A stretch of 27,991 nucleotides of DNA from Promethearchaeota archaeon. GTDB lineage: Archaea; Asgardarchaeota; Lokiarchaeia; Sigyniarchaeales; SOKP01. Shown here one piece after another: positions 1 to 8,327 of the stretch; positions within the stretch are counted from its first letter, which is position 1; every line of letters starts with the position of its first letter. The translations under genes and the position numbers were made by a program. The notes under the pieces are model-generated. The model was given only the letters and a program-made list of their open reading frames with translations. It was not told where the DNA came from and searched no databases. Location: contig JBHLME010000056.1 of the NCBI GenBank assembly GCA_048938445.1, positions 1 to 27,991 of the forward strand, in the 5' to 3' direction.

Positions 1-13
1 CTCAATTTTAAGT

Positions 14-307
14 ATGAAATTTAAAATTATTACAAAAAAGGATTGTTTTTTCTGTGAGAAACTTATAAGTTGGTTAAATGAGAATAACGTGGAATATAAG
101 GAGATAGATTATCTCGAACCAAAAGATAAGAATGATCCTATACTTAAAAATGAAAAGTTTTATAGTATATACTGTGACATGAGTGCATGCGTCGAAAGTT
201 TACCAATAATCGTTAAAAATGATGAAGAGTTTTATTATGGAGAGGTATGGGATTTGGTCAACAACACAATTATAGAAGAGAAAGCAAAAGAAATCATTGA
301 AATTTAA
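14..307 (+). CDS. Glutaredoxin/NrdH-like thioredoxin-fold protein
   Basis: 97 aa. N-terminal TKKDCFFCEKL (CxxC), NVEYKEIDY, and a probable cis-Pro motif SLPII. An additional CDMSAC segment is present. Confidence 0.8.
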   Translation: MKFKIITKKDCFFCEKLISWLNENNVEYKEIDYLEPKDKNDPILKNEKFYSIYCDMSACVESLPIIVKNDEEFYYGEVWDLVNNTIIEEKAKEIIEI

Positions 308-370
308 TAAGGCATAAATGTGAATTTATTTTTTTTCATTTTTATAATAAAAATTTTTTTAATAAATATC

Positions 371-1297
371 ATGAAATTAGATGATGCTAAAGAAATTAGT
401 TTAGAAGATCGCTCCTTATTCAATGAATTTTTTAAAAATTATCATCCTCAAATTTCAGAATTCACGTTTTCAAATTTATTCATTTGGAAGGATTTTTATG
501 AATTTAAATTCAAAATTTGGGAAAATCATATTTTGATATTTTCAAAAACTTATTTAAATAAATGGAAATCATCAATATCAGGAAATAAGAATGTTATCTT
601 TTTTTTACCACCAATCGGTAATAAACCTGAGGATATTATAACAGAGTTATTCTCAAATTTAGAATATATAGAAATACACCGTGTTCCTGAGTCAATTATT
701 ACTTATTTTAAAAAAGAAAATCAAAAAAATCAAATAGCAATTGAAGTTAAAACCGATAGAAATAATTGGGATTATGTTTATGAAAGAGATAGCTTAGTCT
801 CCCTTCCGGGTAACGCATATCGTCAGAAACGACGCAATTTAACTAAATTTATTTCAATGTTTGATTATAAATTTCACTTTATACAAACTGAATGCTTAGA
901 ACTATGTAAAGAACTTCAAATAGAATGGTGCGATATGAATGAATGCCAAAGTAATGAAGATTTGAAACAAGAACAAAACGCTATTTTCAATGCTTTTAAT
1001 TATTATGAAGAACTCTCATTGAATGGTGGACTAATTATGGTAGATGGGAAATGTATTGCTTACACTATAGGGGAAAAATTAAATAAGGATACAATGGTAA
1101 TTCATTTTGAAAAAGCTCATGTTGATTACGAAGGTTCTTATCAAGCAATTAATAATCTATTTGCTAAAGAATGTTGTAAAGATGCTAAATTTGTGAATAG
1201 AGAACAAGATCTTGGAATTTCTGGTATTAGATATGCTAAAGAATCGTATAAACCCCATCACATGATAAAAAAATATATTTTATTTAGGAATGACTAA
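371..1297 (+). CDS. DUF2156 / phosphatidylglycerol lysyltransferase C-terminal-like (GNAT-fold) protein
   Basis: Motifs SEFTFSNLFIW, NWDYVY..L..LPG, IHFEKA, GSYQAIN and NREQDLGI.G.R.AK.SY.P are typical of DUF2156. The ATG at 371 is preferred over the GTG at 320, whose extension reads through T/A-rich intergenic-like DNA. Confidence 0.85.
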   Translation: MKLDDAKEISLEDRSLFNEFFKNYHPQISEFTFSNLFIWKDFYEFKFKIWENHILIFSKTYLNKWKSSISGNKNVIFFLPPIGNKPEDIITELFSNLEYIEIHRVPESIITYFKKENQKNQIAIEVKTDRNNWDYVYERDSLVSLPGNAYRQKRRNLTKFISMFDYKFHFIQTECLELCKELQIEWCDMNECQSNEDLKQEQNAIFNAFNYYEELSLNGGLIMVDGKCIAYTIGEKLNKDTMVIHFEKAHVDYEGSYQAINNLFAKECCKDAKFVNREQDLGISGIRYAKESYKPHHMIKKYILFRND

Positions 1298-1500
1298 TAA
1301 TCTATTATTTTATCGATATTATGTTAAATTTTTGGGCATATAAATCCAAAATTCTAATTTTCTTAAGAAAATTTATGTTATTTTTTAATTAATATATGAA
1401 ACGAGTTAATATCTTTTTTATTTCATTATAATAAGATTTTTAGTTGATATTTAACATAGTTTAATTAGATAAAATCTAACTATTATAGAAGTGAAATATC

Positions 1501-1842
1501 ATGACAGAAATAAAAACTGAAGGAGAGATTGAAAAAGCTGAAGAAAAGCCCAGAAAACCTGTATTTTTGCCAGAATATTGCTCATGGACAGATGATGATG
1601 GAATGTATGTCATGGAAGTATATTTACCAGGTGTAGAAAAACATAGTTTGAGATTAAAAATGAATAAGGATAATATTTTTGTATTCGGTGAAACTGATTC
1701 AGTGAGATACGACGGAGCTTTTGGTTTATGCTGTCCAATTGATACTGAACATGTAACTTCAACCTATAAAAATGGGCTTTTAAGGATTGAGGCTCCATAT
1801 TTGGACCCAACCTTCGATACAGTTGATGTAAAAATAGAATAA
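1501..1842 (+). CDS. hsp20: Small heat-shock protein Hsp20/alpha-crystallin family
   Basis: Motifs EVYLPGV.K, STYKNGLLRIEAP and a C-terminal VKIE (IxI/V). GAAGTGA lies upstream as a possible SD. Confidence 0.9.
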   Translation: MTEIKTEGEIEKAEEKPRKPVFLPEYCSWTDDDGMYVMEVYLPGVEKHSLRLKMNKDNIFVFGETDSVRYDGAFGLCCPIDTEHVTSTYKNGLLRIEAPYLDPTFDTVDVKIE

Positions 1843-1848
1843 TTAATA

Positions 1849-1870
1849 TTTTTTTTTCTTTTTTTTTTTT
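1849..1870 (+). terminator. Archaeal-type oligo-T terminator of hsp20
   Basis: A nearly uninterrupted T tract starts a few nt after the stop codon. Confidence 0.6.
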
Positions 1871-1954
1871 TAAAAAAACTATAAAATCAATTTAGTTCAA
1901 AATTGGTAGTTAATCTTATTATTTTTTAATTTAAAAAAAAGAGTTTTTTAAGTG

Positions 1955-3469
1955 CTAATTATGATGATGATGATGCATGTCTTTTATATTTACAGGTTTT
2001 AACGCTCCAATCGCCCATCCAGTAACCTCATTTAATGAGGGATGGATCACCATCGAATGATAAATCGGTAGGAAAGTACCACCTTCAGGACAGGCACGCG
2101 CTTCTCTTGGTATTAAATCTTCTTTTATATCCTCAGAAAAATTACATGCAAATCCAGAATTCATTAAATATACAAAAGGCTGGACTAAGATTGCCGCATA
2201 GGGACCAACTATGTGTGCTCCCAGTAATTTATATGATTTATCCACGACTAATTTAACAAATCCATCATCATCAGCCCCCTCATCAAAACCCATCGCAAAT
2301 CCTTTAGCCACGTAAGAATAATGTCTTTTAGCAACATAAATTTCGTGTCCTGCTTCAATTGCTTGAGCTTCCGTCATTCCAACATGACCAATTTGTGGAT
2401 GACTATAAATTGCCCATGGAACCGTAGTATAATCAGCTTTCTTCTTTTCTCGACCAAAAATATTATTAATACAAATATCCGCTTCATAATTTGCTTTATG
2501 CCTGAATTGATACAAGCCGTTGGCATCACCTATGCACCAAATATTTTTAACATTAGTTTCTAAAAATTCATTAGTAATGATGTATCCTCTTTTATCGATA
2601 TTTATTCCCGTTTTTTCTACTCGTAGGATATCGGCATTTGACCTCACTCCTGCCGCTACTAAAATCTCTTGAGCCTCAAGTTCTTTCTCCTCACCAGTTT
2701 TCTCATTTTTAATGGTTACTATTTTCATTCCATTTTTACTGCTTGCTTTTATAGCTCGATTATTTGTATAGACTTTTATGTGTTTTTTAAAGTTAATTTC
2801 GACAAATTCACTAATTTCGGGTTCTTCTGTTGTTAATAATCTTTGAAGCATTTCCACCATTGTTATTTCAGTTCCTAATGTTGAAAAAATATGTGAAAAT
2901 TCCGCAGCAATTATACCTCCACCAATGATTATCAAGCTCTTCCATGGTTGCTTAGGAAATTTTTCTTCAAAAAAGCTTTCACTCGTGATGTATCCAACTT
3001 CTTCCAAACCATCTATCGGCGGAATAAATGAACGAGCCCCCGAAGCAATAACAAATTTTTCTCCTTTAAAATGTCCTATAACTTCATTACTATCCTTTGC
3101 TTTTACTTGCATTTCATATTTTCCCGTAAATTCCCCAATTCCTTTAAAAACTTTTAGACTTGGGATATTTGACATGCTCTCTTCAATCTCCTTGCTTTCA
3201 TCAATTTTACTCCACATTCTTTGAGCAATTAAGTCCCAATCATAATCAACTAATGAAAGATTAATCCCTACTTTTTTAGCATGTTGAGCTTCTCTAATAA
3301 TATCTGCGGGAACAACCAAGATTTTTGAGGGAATGCACCCTCTAGTTAAACAAGTCCCTCCAAATTTTCCTTCTTCAACTATCGCACACTTTAATCCTAG
3401 GTTTAATGCTGTACTTAATACACTTGACCCAACACCAGTTCCTATTGCAACAAAATCAAATTTTTCCAT
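1955..3469 (-). CDS. Class I pyridine nucleotide-disulfide oxidoreductase (dihydrolipoamide dehydrogenase / mycothione reductase-like)
   Basis: Motifs IGTGVG (FAD), GGTCLTRGCIPSK (redox disulfide), IIGGGIIAAE (NAD(P)H), IGD, and the HPSLNE acid-base dyad. The protein ends in HHHHHN. Confidence 0.92.
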   Translation of the reverse strand: MEKFDFVAIGTGVGSSVLSTALNLGLKCAIVEEGKFGGTCLTRGCIPSKILVVPADIIREAQHAKKVGINLSLVDYDWDLIAQRMWSKIDESKEIEESMSNIPSLKVFKGIGEFTGKYEMQVKAKDSNEVIGHFKGEKFVIASGARSFIPPIDGLEEVGYITSESFFEEKFPKQPWKSLIIIGGGIIAAEFSHIFSTLGTEITMVEMLQRLLTTEEPEISEFVEINFKKHIKVYTNNRAIKASSKNGMKIVTIKNEKTGEEKELEAQEILVAAGVRSNADILRVEKTGINIDKRGYIITNEFLETNVKNIWCIGDANGLYQFRHKANYEADICINNIFGREKKKADYTTVPWAIYSHPQIGHVGMTEAQAIEAGHEIYVAKRHYSYVAKGFAMGFDEGADDDGFVKLVVDKSYKLLGAHIVGPYAAILVQPFVYLMNSGFACNFSEDIKEDLIPREARACPEGGTFLPIYHSMVIHPSLNEVTGWAIGALKPVNIKDMHHHHHN

Positions 3470-3628
3470 ACATTTTCTTTAGTCTGGGTTTCTTTTAAAT
3501 CTATTTATAATATTTTAAAGATATTCATCTTGTTTTTCTAATAACTTTGTATTCTTATAAAAAATAAATTTAAAATGAATTTTGTAATAGCTTTAGTAAT
3601 AATATAGGAGCTTTTTATTTTAAAAAAC

Positions 3629-3781
3629 TCATTTACCATATTTTTCTTCCCATTCTGCCTTCTTTTTCTCGGGATCATCTCTCATCTGGCATTTATGATG
3701 GATCTGATCTTGTCTTTCAAAAGCTTGATCTAATAAATCATCTAAATCATCATCAGATATTTCTTGTTTCTTTTCCGACAT
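3629..3781 (-). CDS. Small acidic hypothetical protein (50 aa), absent from the supplied ORF track
   Basis: Manual translation: MSEKKQEISDDDLDDLLDQAFERQDQIHHKCQMRDDPEKKKAEWEEKYGK*. It has protein-like composition within otherwise AT-only intergenic DNA, a purine-rich AAGAGAGA upstream, and the same orientation as both neighbours. Confidence 0.75.
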   Translation of the reverse strand: MSEKKQEISDDDLDDLLDQAFERQDQIHHKCQMRDDPEKKKAEWEEKYGK

Positions 3782-3938
3782 AATAATTTCTCTCTTTTTA
3801 TAGATATAATATATTTAGTTTATTAGAGTGCATTTTTCATATAAATCTTAAAAAATTGATTCACTTTTAAGTTTAATTCTTATAATTCATCATACATCTA
3901 AACTATTGTTTTAATAGTTTTATGAAACAACCTTTTAT

Positions 3939-5150
3939 TCAGTGATTTAATTTTGAGTTCTTTCTTTTTCTAAGAGTCGCTTTGAGAATAAGGGTCTCAA
4001 TTCGTCGTAATGCAACAATATCTTTTTTTGGAATAAATTCATAAAGTTCTTCAAGGTTCTCTAAATTAAGAAGCTTGAAAAAATCCTTGTTCAATAAATA
4101 TCGATAGGCTTCAAAATTATCTTCCTTTAGATATGATATTATTTCTTTCTTGATGACATTTTGAGCTCTAGTAATTCCTCTGTCAATCAATTCTTTTAGA
4201 AGGGGGTACCATAACCTTCTTTTCTCCATGAATGCGAATTCTACGTTTTTATCAAGCCATTCTTCAAACATTACCTCCAATTCCTCATTTGAAAATAATT
4301 TTAAATATTTCTCGTTTAGATAGAAAATAATTGTATTAAAATTTCTTGAAGCAATTCTAGTTGCGATGCTTTCTTTCAATCGATAAATAGCTCTTTTATC
4401 TCCTAAGAATGCCATTTTTTTTAGTAATGGAATGGACAAGCTGCTATGAAGAATTCTAAGATCATAGTCATTTTCATACCATGTTTGAAGATTAGAGCAA
4501 TGCCCAATAAATTCGGATTCAGGATCAATTAAATTATGGTCTCTTTCATGATTCTTATCCATTTTATTATAAATCTCAAAGGCTTCATCAATTGAATCAA
4601 TATGATCAAACTTAGTAAAATCCTTTTGAGTGAGATTAAGAAGGAGGTATTTGCACTGATGAAATGGTTCATCTTCAATGTAGATTTCAGTTTGTCCCTT
4701 AATTAATTTTAAGGTTAGATATTCATTAATTCTAAATTCTTTTTCTTCTGGGTAAGTTTCTTCTTCTTTAGCCTCCCTTTTATCACGGTTGCGAACATAA
4801 ATCATATCTGGTAACCTTTCCTTAACTTCCATGGGCTCCAGATTAAACGCATCAAGAAACTCTTGAGCTTCATCACCTTGGTCGATAGATATGATTTTAC
4901 ATAGATTAAAACGAGAATCTTCCATTAATTCTTGTTGTATGTCTTGGGCTACTCTAGAACTTATAAATCTCTTATTTACAGGGGATTTGGCTCCTTTCCA
5001 TATGAAGATCCTTCTTAAGTCTTCTCTAACCAGCACTAAGACTTGTTCTGGGTTAAGATATTGTGATAAATCTTTTTTCGAAAAAATTAATTCTTTTCGT
5101 TCTCCACTATCTTCCAGTTCGTAGGCAAAAAAAGATCTCAAATCACCCAT
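3939..5150 (-). CDS. Gelsolin-repeat protein fused to a Lokiarchaeia-typical domain and helical repeats
   Basis: Residues ~1-105 carry gelsolin motifs LNPEQVLVLV...RRIFIWKGAKS and IISIDQGDEAQEFLDAF. From ~139 comes EFRINEYLTLKL...QCKYLLL...IDSIDEA...PESEFIGHCSNLQTWYENDYD.RILH, a domain I recall from Loki LRR proteins. Confidence 0.8.
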   Translation of the reverse strand: MGDLRSFFAYELEDSGERKELIFSKKDLSQYLNPEQVLVLVREDLRRIFIWKGAKSPVNKRFISSRVAQDIQQELMEDSRFNLCKIISIDQGDEAQEFLDAFNLEPMEVKERLPDMIYVRNRDKREAKEEETYPEEKEFRINEYLTLKLIKGQTEIYIEDEPFHQCKYLLLNLTQKDFTKFDHIDSIDEAFEIYNKMDKNHERDHNLIDPESEFIGHCSNLQTWYENDYDLRILHSSLSIPLLKKMAFLGDKRAIYRLKESIATRIASRNFNTIIFYLNEKYLKLFSNEELEVMFEEWLDKNVEFAFMEKRRLWYPLLKELIDRGITRAQNVIKKEIISYLKEDNFEAYRYLLNKDFFKLLNLENLEELYEFIPKKDIVALRRIETLILKATLRKRKNSKLNH

Positions 5151-5463
5151 TTCAAATATAAAGTAAAAATTTTAATATTTAAGCTCATGGTCAAATCATT
5201 CCCCCATATTTTATCTGCTGGTTTAAATAAATATTCTAAAAATCGTCTACGATTTATACATATTTATTATTTTTACTTCTAATATTTCTCTAAATTCTCT
5301 ATTACTCTATATTTTACTATTCTTTCGATTAAAGAAATTTTTTGAAAGCAATAATAAAAATTTTTAATTATAAATAAATATCCAATGTACATTTAAATAT
5401 TTAAAAAAACAATTGTTAACTATTATAGAAATCTAATGGTAAAAGTAGTTGTAAGTGGTTAAT

Positions 5464-7014
5464 ATGAAGAAAGTTATTGAACCTCAAAAAGAAATCGAAG
5501 TATTGGATGATGTGGATGTAGTAGTCGTTGGTGGGGGGCCTGCAGGTATTGGAGCCGCACTATCATCAGGACGAAATGGAGCTAAGACACTCTTAATAGA
5601 AAAATTCGGTCATTTAGGAGGGCTTCAAACGCACGGAATCAATCCCATGTTTACTTTTATCGACTTTGAATTGCATGGTGGCCTCATACAGGAAATTTTA
5701 ACGCGCCTCGAAAAGGGGGGTGCTTTGACAAATATAAATGACATGGCCCCACAAGAACAACATAGAATGAGGGATGACTTCATAAAAACTATTGGTGCTG
5801 AAAATCTCCCAAAACGACTATTGGAGACAGAGACTGGATATTGGGGCCCTTGGGGATTATCATTTGATCCAGAATATTATAAATACATGCTCGAGACCAT
5901 GATGAAAGAGGCTAAAGTCCGCCTTTTATACCATTCATTTGCGGTAGGCGCTATAAGGGAAGGGAATTTGCTTAAAGGCGTGATCATTGAAACTAACGAA
6001 GGGAGAAGGGCAATATTAGGGAAAATCATTATAGATACCACGGGATTGGGTCATATTATATGGAAGTCTGGGGCAACTTGCATGGGTGATGAAGGTTTTC
6101 CCGCAGGAATTATCAAGGGTCATCCAGGAGCATTTCTAAATTCCTTTTTCATTAATGGTGTGGATATTAAAAAATTTAATGAATTTAGGGCCGCAAATAA
6201 GGAAGAATGGGGTGAGATGTATGGTGGTAAAGAGATGATTGAAGAAGCAAAAAAAAATGGGGCTTATCTCAAAGGTCAAAGCGTTATTTTAGCCACAAAT
6301 ATGGATGTTTACAGGAGTGGAAGAGTATTCGTGATGAATCCATTTTTCATTGTTCCAACGCGCAAAAAGCCATGGATGGCTAAAGTATTAACCAATTGTG
6401 AAATAGACCTCAGGAAGCAAGCTTGGGCTATTTTTAATGTTGTAAAGGAGAATGTCCCAGGTTTTGAAAATTCATACATCGAGAAAACATCAACAATGCC
6501 GTTTAATGCGGTCGGACATAGGATCATCGGTGAGCACGTTTTATCCTTAAAAGACATGCGTGAGGGAAGAGCTTTTGACGATTCCGTTGCTGTTAGTAAC
6601 ATGCCTCCTGACCTCTATGAAGCTGTAGGGCGTTTCAGTTATGAAATTTTACCTCATGACGTTCCATATCGTTGTTTAGTATCTAAAGATATCGATAACC
6701 TTATGGCGGCGGGTACAACAATATCGGCAACAGCTTTCAGTGGTTTAGGGGTGCGTTATTGCACGCCTTCTATTTGTATTGGTCAAGCTACGGGGACAGC
6801 AGCAGCTCTAGCGATCAAGAATAATGTTAGTCCAAAGATGGTGGATGTAAAATTAGTACAGGATACGCTTCGCAAGCACGGTGCAGTTGTATCTGTTAAA
6901 GACGTGTCAGCTGAAGTTCTTGAACCATATAAGTTTATACAAGATCAAAAGATTGTATTTAGGAAAGAATCAACACCTCAATTAGTGAGTGAAGAGGAAT
7001 TAGCTCTACATTAA
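5464..7014 (+). CDS. FAD-dependent oxidoreductase (FAD_oxidored/HdrA-N-like family)
   Basis: Motifs DVVVVGGGPAG, LIEKFGHLGG, IIDTTG, VPYRCLV...DNLMAAG and GQATGTAAALA. The ATG at 5464 is preferred; the GTG at 5455 is an alternative. Confidence 0.88.
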   Translation: MKKVIEPQKEIEVLDDVDVVVVGGGPAGIGAALSSGRNGAKTLLIEKFGHLGGLQTHGINPMFTFIDFELHGGLIQEILTRLEKGGALTNINDMAPQEQHRMRDDFIKTIGAENLPKRLLETETGYWGPWGLSFDPEYYKYMLETMMKEAKVRLLYHSFAVGAIREGNLLKGVIIETNEGRRAILGKIIIDTTGLGHIIWKSGATCMGDEGFPAGIIKGHPGAFLNSFFINGVDIKKFNEFRAANKEEWGEMYGGKEMIEEAKKNGAYLKGQSVILATNMDVYRSGRVFVMNPFFIVPTRKKPWMAKVLTNCEIDLRKQAWAIFNVVKENVPGFENSYIEKTSTMPFNAVGHRIIGEHVLSLKDMREGRAFDDSVAVSNMPPDLYEAVGRFSYEILPHDVPYRCLVSKDIDNLMAAGTTISATAFSGLGVRYCTPSICIGQATGTAAALAIKNNVSPKMVDVKLVQDTLRKHGAVVSVKDVSAEVLEPYKFIQDQKIVFRKESTPQLVSEEELALH

Positions 7015-7107
7015 AGCATATGAACAAATCCTTTTTTCACCGGATTAATTTAATAAAAAAAAAGAGAAGCTTTTATAAACTAAGTTCATTAACCTCATTT
7101 ATCAAGC

Positions 7108-7785
7108 CTACCTTGGTTTTCTTAACAAGCACCAAAGAGGTATATCAGTTTCAGGGATTATTAGATGTTCGAGTATTTCGAATCCATATTTCTGGTATAT
7201 GGACACATTTTTTTCTACATTAGTTTCAACATAAATAGGTAAGTCATCGGTCTCAACTTCAGTGATCATGGTCTTTATTAACAATCCTCCATATCCTTTC
7301 CCTTGTTCTTCTGGTTTAACGGCAATATTTTGAAAATACCAATGATCAAATGGGGCATGATGCTTATGTCTCCCTTCTATATAATTAAAAACTGCCATGG
7401 TCCTTTTCATTGTTTTTAATTTCAAACCTACTTTACGCATTGCATAAAAACCACCATGTCGCATCATAGTCCAAGTAGATGGATTACTTTTACCAGGAGG
7501 CAGCCATATTGTAATTCCTTCTAAGTTCTTTGAGGTTGCATAAGTTAGTCCATATTTTATTCCATAGTTATAGATCATGTAAAATCCATATTGTAGCTTT
7601 TCCTTTCTTTCTTTCTCATCCGGATAAGAAAAAATCGCGGTAGGATCATTTTGAAAAGCATCCCCTGCCACCAAGCACGCTCTTTTAATATCATTTTTTG
7701 TTAATTTATAGAAATTGTCTAAATTATTATTCACATTCATACTAAAATTATCTTTAAATTCCATTATAAAAAATTTGGGGACCAA
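7108..7785 (-). CDS. GNAT family N-acetyltransferase
   Basis: Motifs HWYFQNIAVKPEEQGKGYGG (AcCoA motif A) and YVET...NVSIYQKYGF. The true start may be one of the downstream ATGs. Confidence 0.88.
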   Translation of the reverse strand: MVPKFFIMEFKDNFSMNVNNNLDNFYKLTKNDIKRACLVAGDAFQNDPTAIFSYPDEKERKEKLQYGFYMIYNYGIKYGLTYATSKNLEGITIWLPPGKSNPSTWTMMRHGGFYAMRKVGLKLKTMKRTMAVFNYIEGRHKHHAPFDHWYFQNIAVKPEEQGKGYGGLLIKTMITEVETDDLPIYVETNVEKNVSIYQKYGFEILEHLIIPETDIPLWCLLRKPR

Positions 7786-7896
7786 TATCTATTTAGAATG
7801 GGGATTTTTTAGTAGATGGAACAAAAATAAAATAAATGTTTATAAAGCCAGTGTCTAAGTTAAATGCTGCCTTTTTCGTTCATTAGGTGTAAATGT

Positions 7897-8280
7897 TTAT
7901 TCAGAAAGGATATCCTTAAATTGAATAGGATCTGTTGCATAAAGAACTGCTCGTTCCAAGCTTTCTTCGCGCCATTCGTGCGCCTTAAGATAACCTGGGT
8001 TATAAATCATCTTCTCAAAGGCCTTGCGTGAAGGATAATGGATGAGCATGAGCAGATCCCATTGTTCCTCACCGTTGAGAAGTTCTTTTGGTTTTCCTAA
8101 ATAAAGCAATTTGGCACCGACATCCTCAACGAAAGGACCTGATTCCTTGATGTAACGAAAATATTTATCCCGGCCGCTTTCTTTTTTAAACTTGAGTAAA
8201 TTAAGCATTACAAATGGTTCTTCACTTGTATTGTCTGCTAATGCTTTAAATTGATCTTTATTATTTATGATATTAGGCAT
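7897..8280 (-). CDS. DUF1330 domain protein (dimeric alpha/beta barrel)
   Basis: Motifs PFVMLNLLKF, WD..MLIHYPSRKAF.KM and Y.KAHEWR..SLER. An SD-like GAGGG lies upstream. Confidence 0.82.
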   Translation of the reverse strand: MPNIINNKDQFKALADNTSEEPFVMLNLLKFKKESGRDKYFRYIKESGPFVEDVGAKLLYLGKPKELLNGEEQWDLLMLIHYPSRKAFEKMIYNPGYLKAHEWREESLERAVLYATDPIQFKDILSE

Positions 8281-8327
8281 AATATTATTCCCTCATCGTA
8301 ATATTTTAATTTAAAATTGTTAAAATA

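Noticed and set aside
1955-3469. Calling the reductase merA, or treating the His tail as a cloning tag
   Set aside because: It lacks the MerA C-terminal CC pair and keeps HPxxxE. The His run is followed by Asn and a stop in native genomic context with no vector sequence.
5392-5417. Palindromes TTTAAATATTTAAA and AACAATTGTT upstream of the FAD oxidoreductase
   Set aside because: They are almost entirely A/T and expected by chance in this composition, and I found no recurrence in the window.
7020-7223. 67-aa plus-strand ORF after the FAD oxidoreductase
   Set aside because: It overlaps the GNAT 3' end convergently, runs through an A tract that looks like the GNAT terminator, and has no motif.
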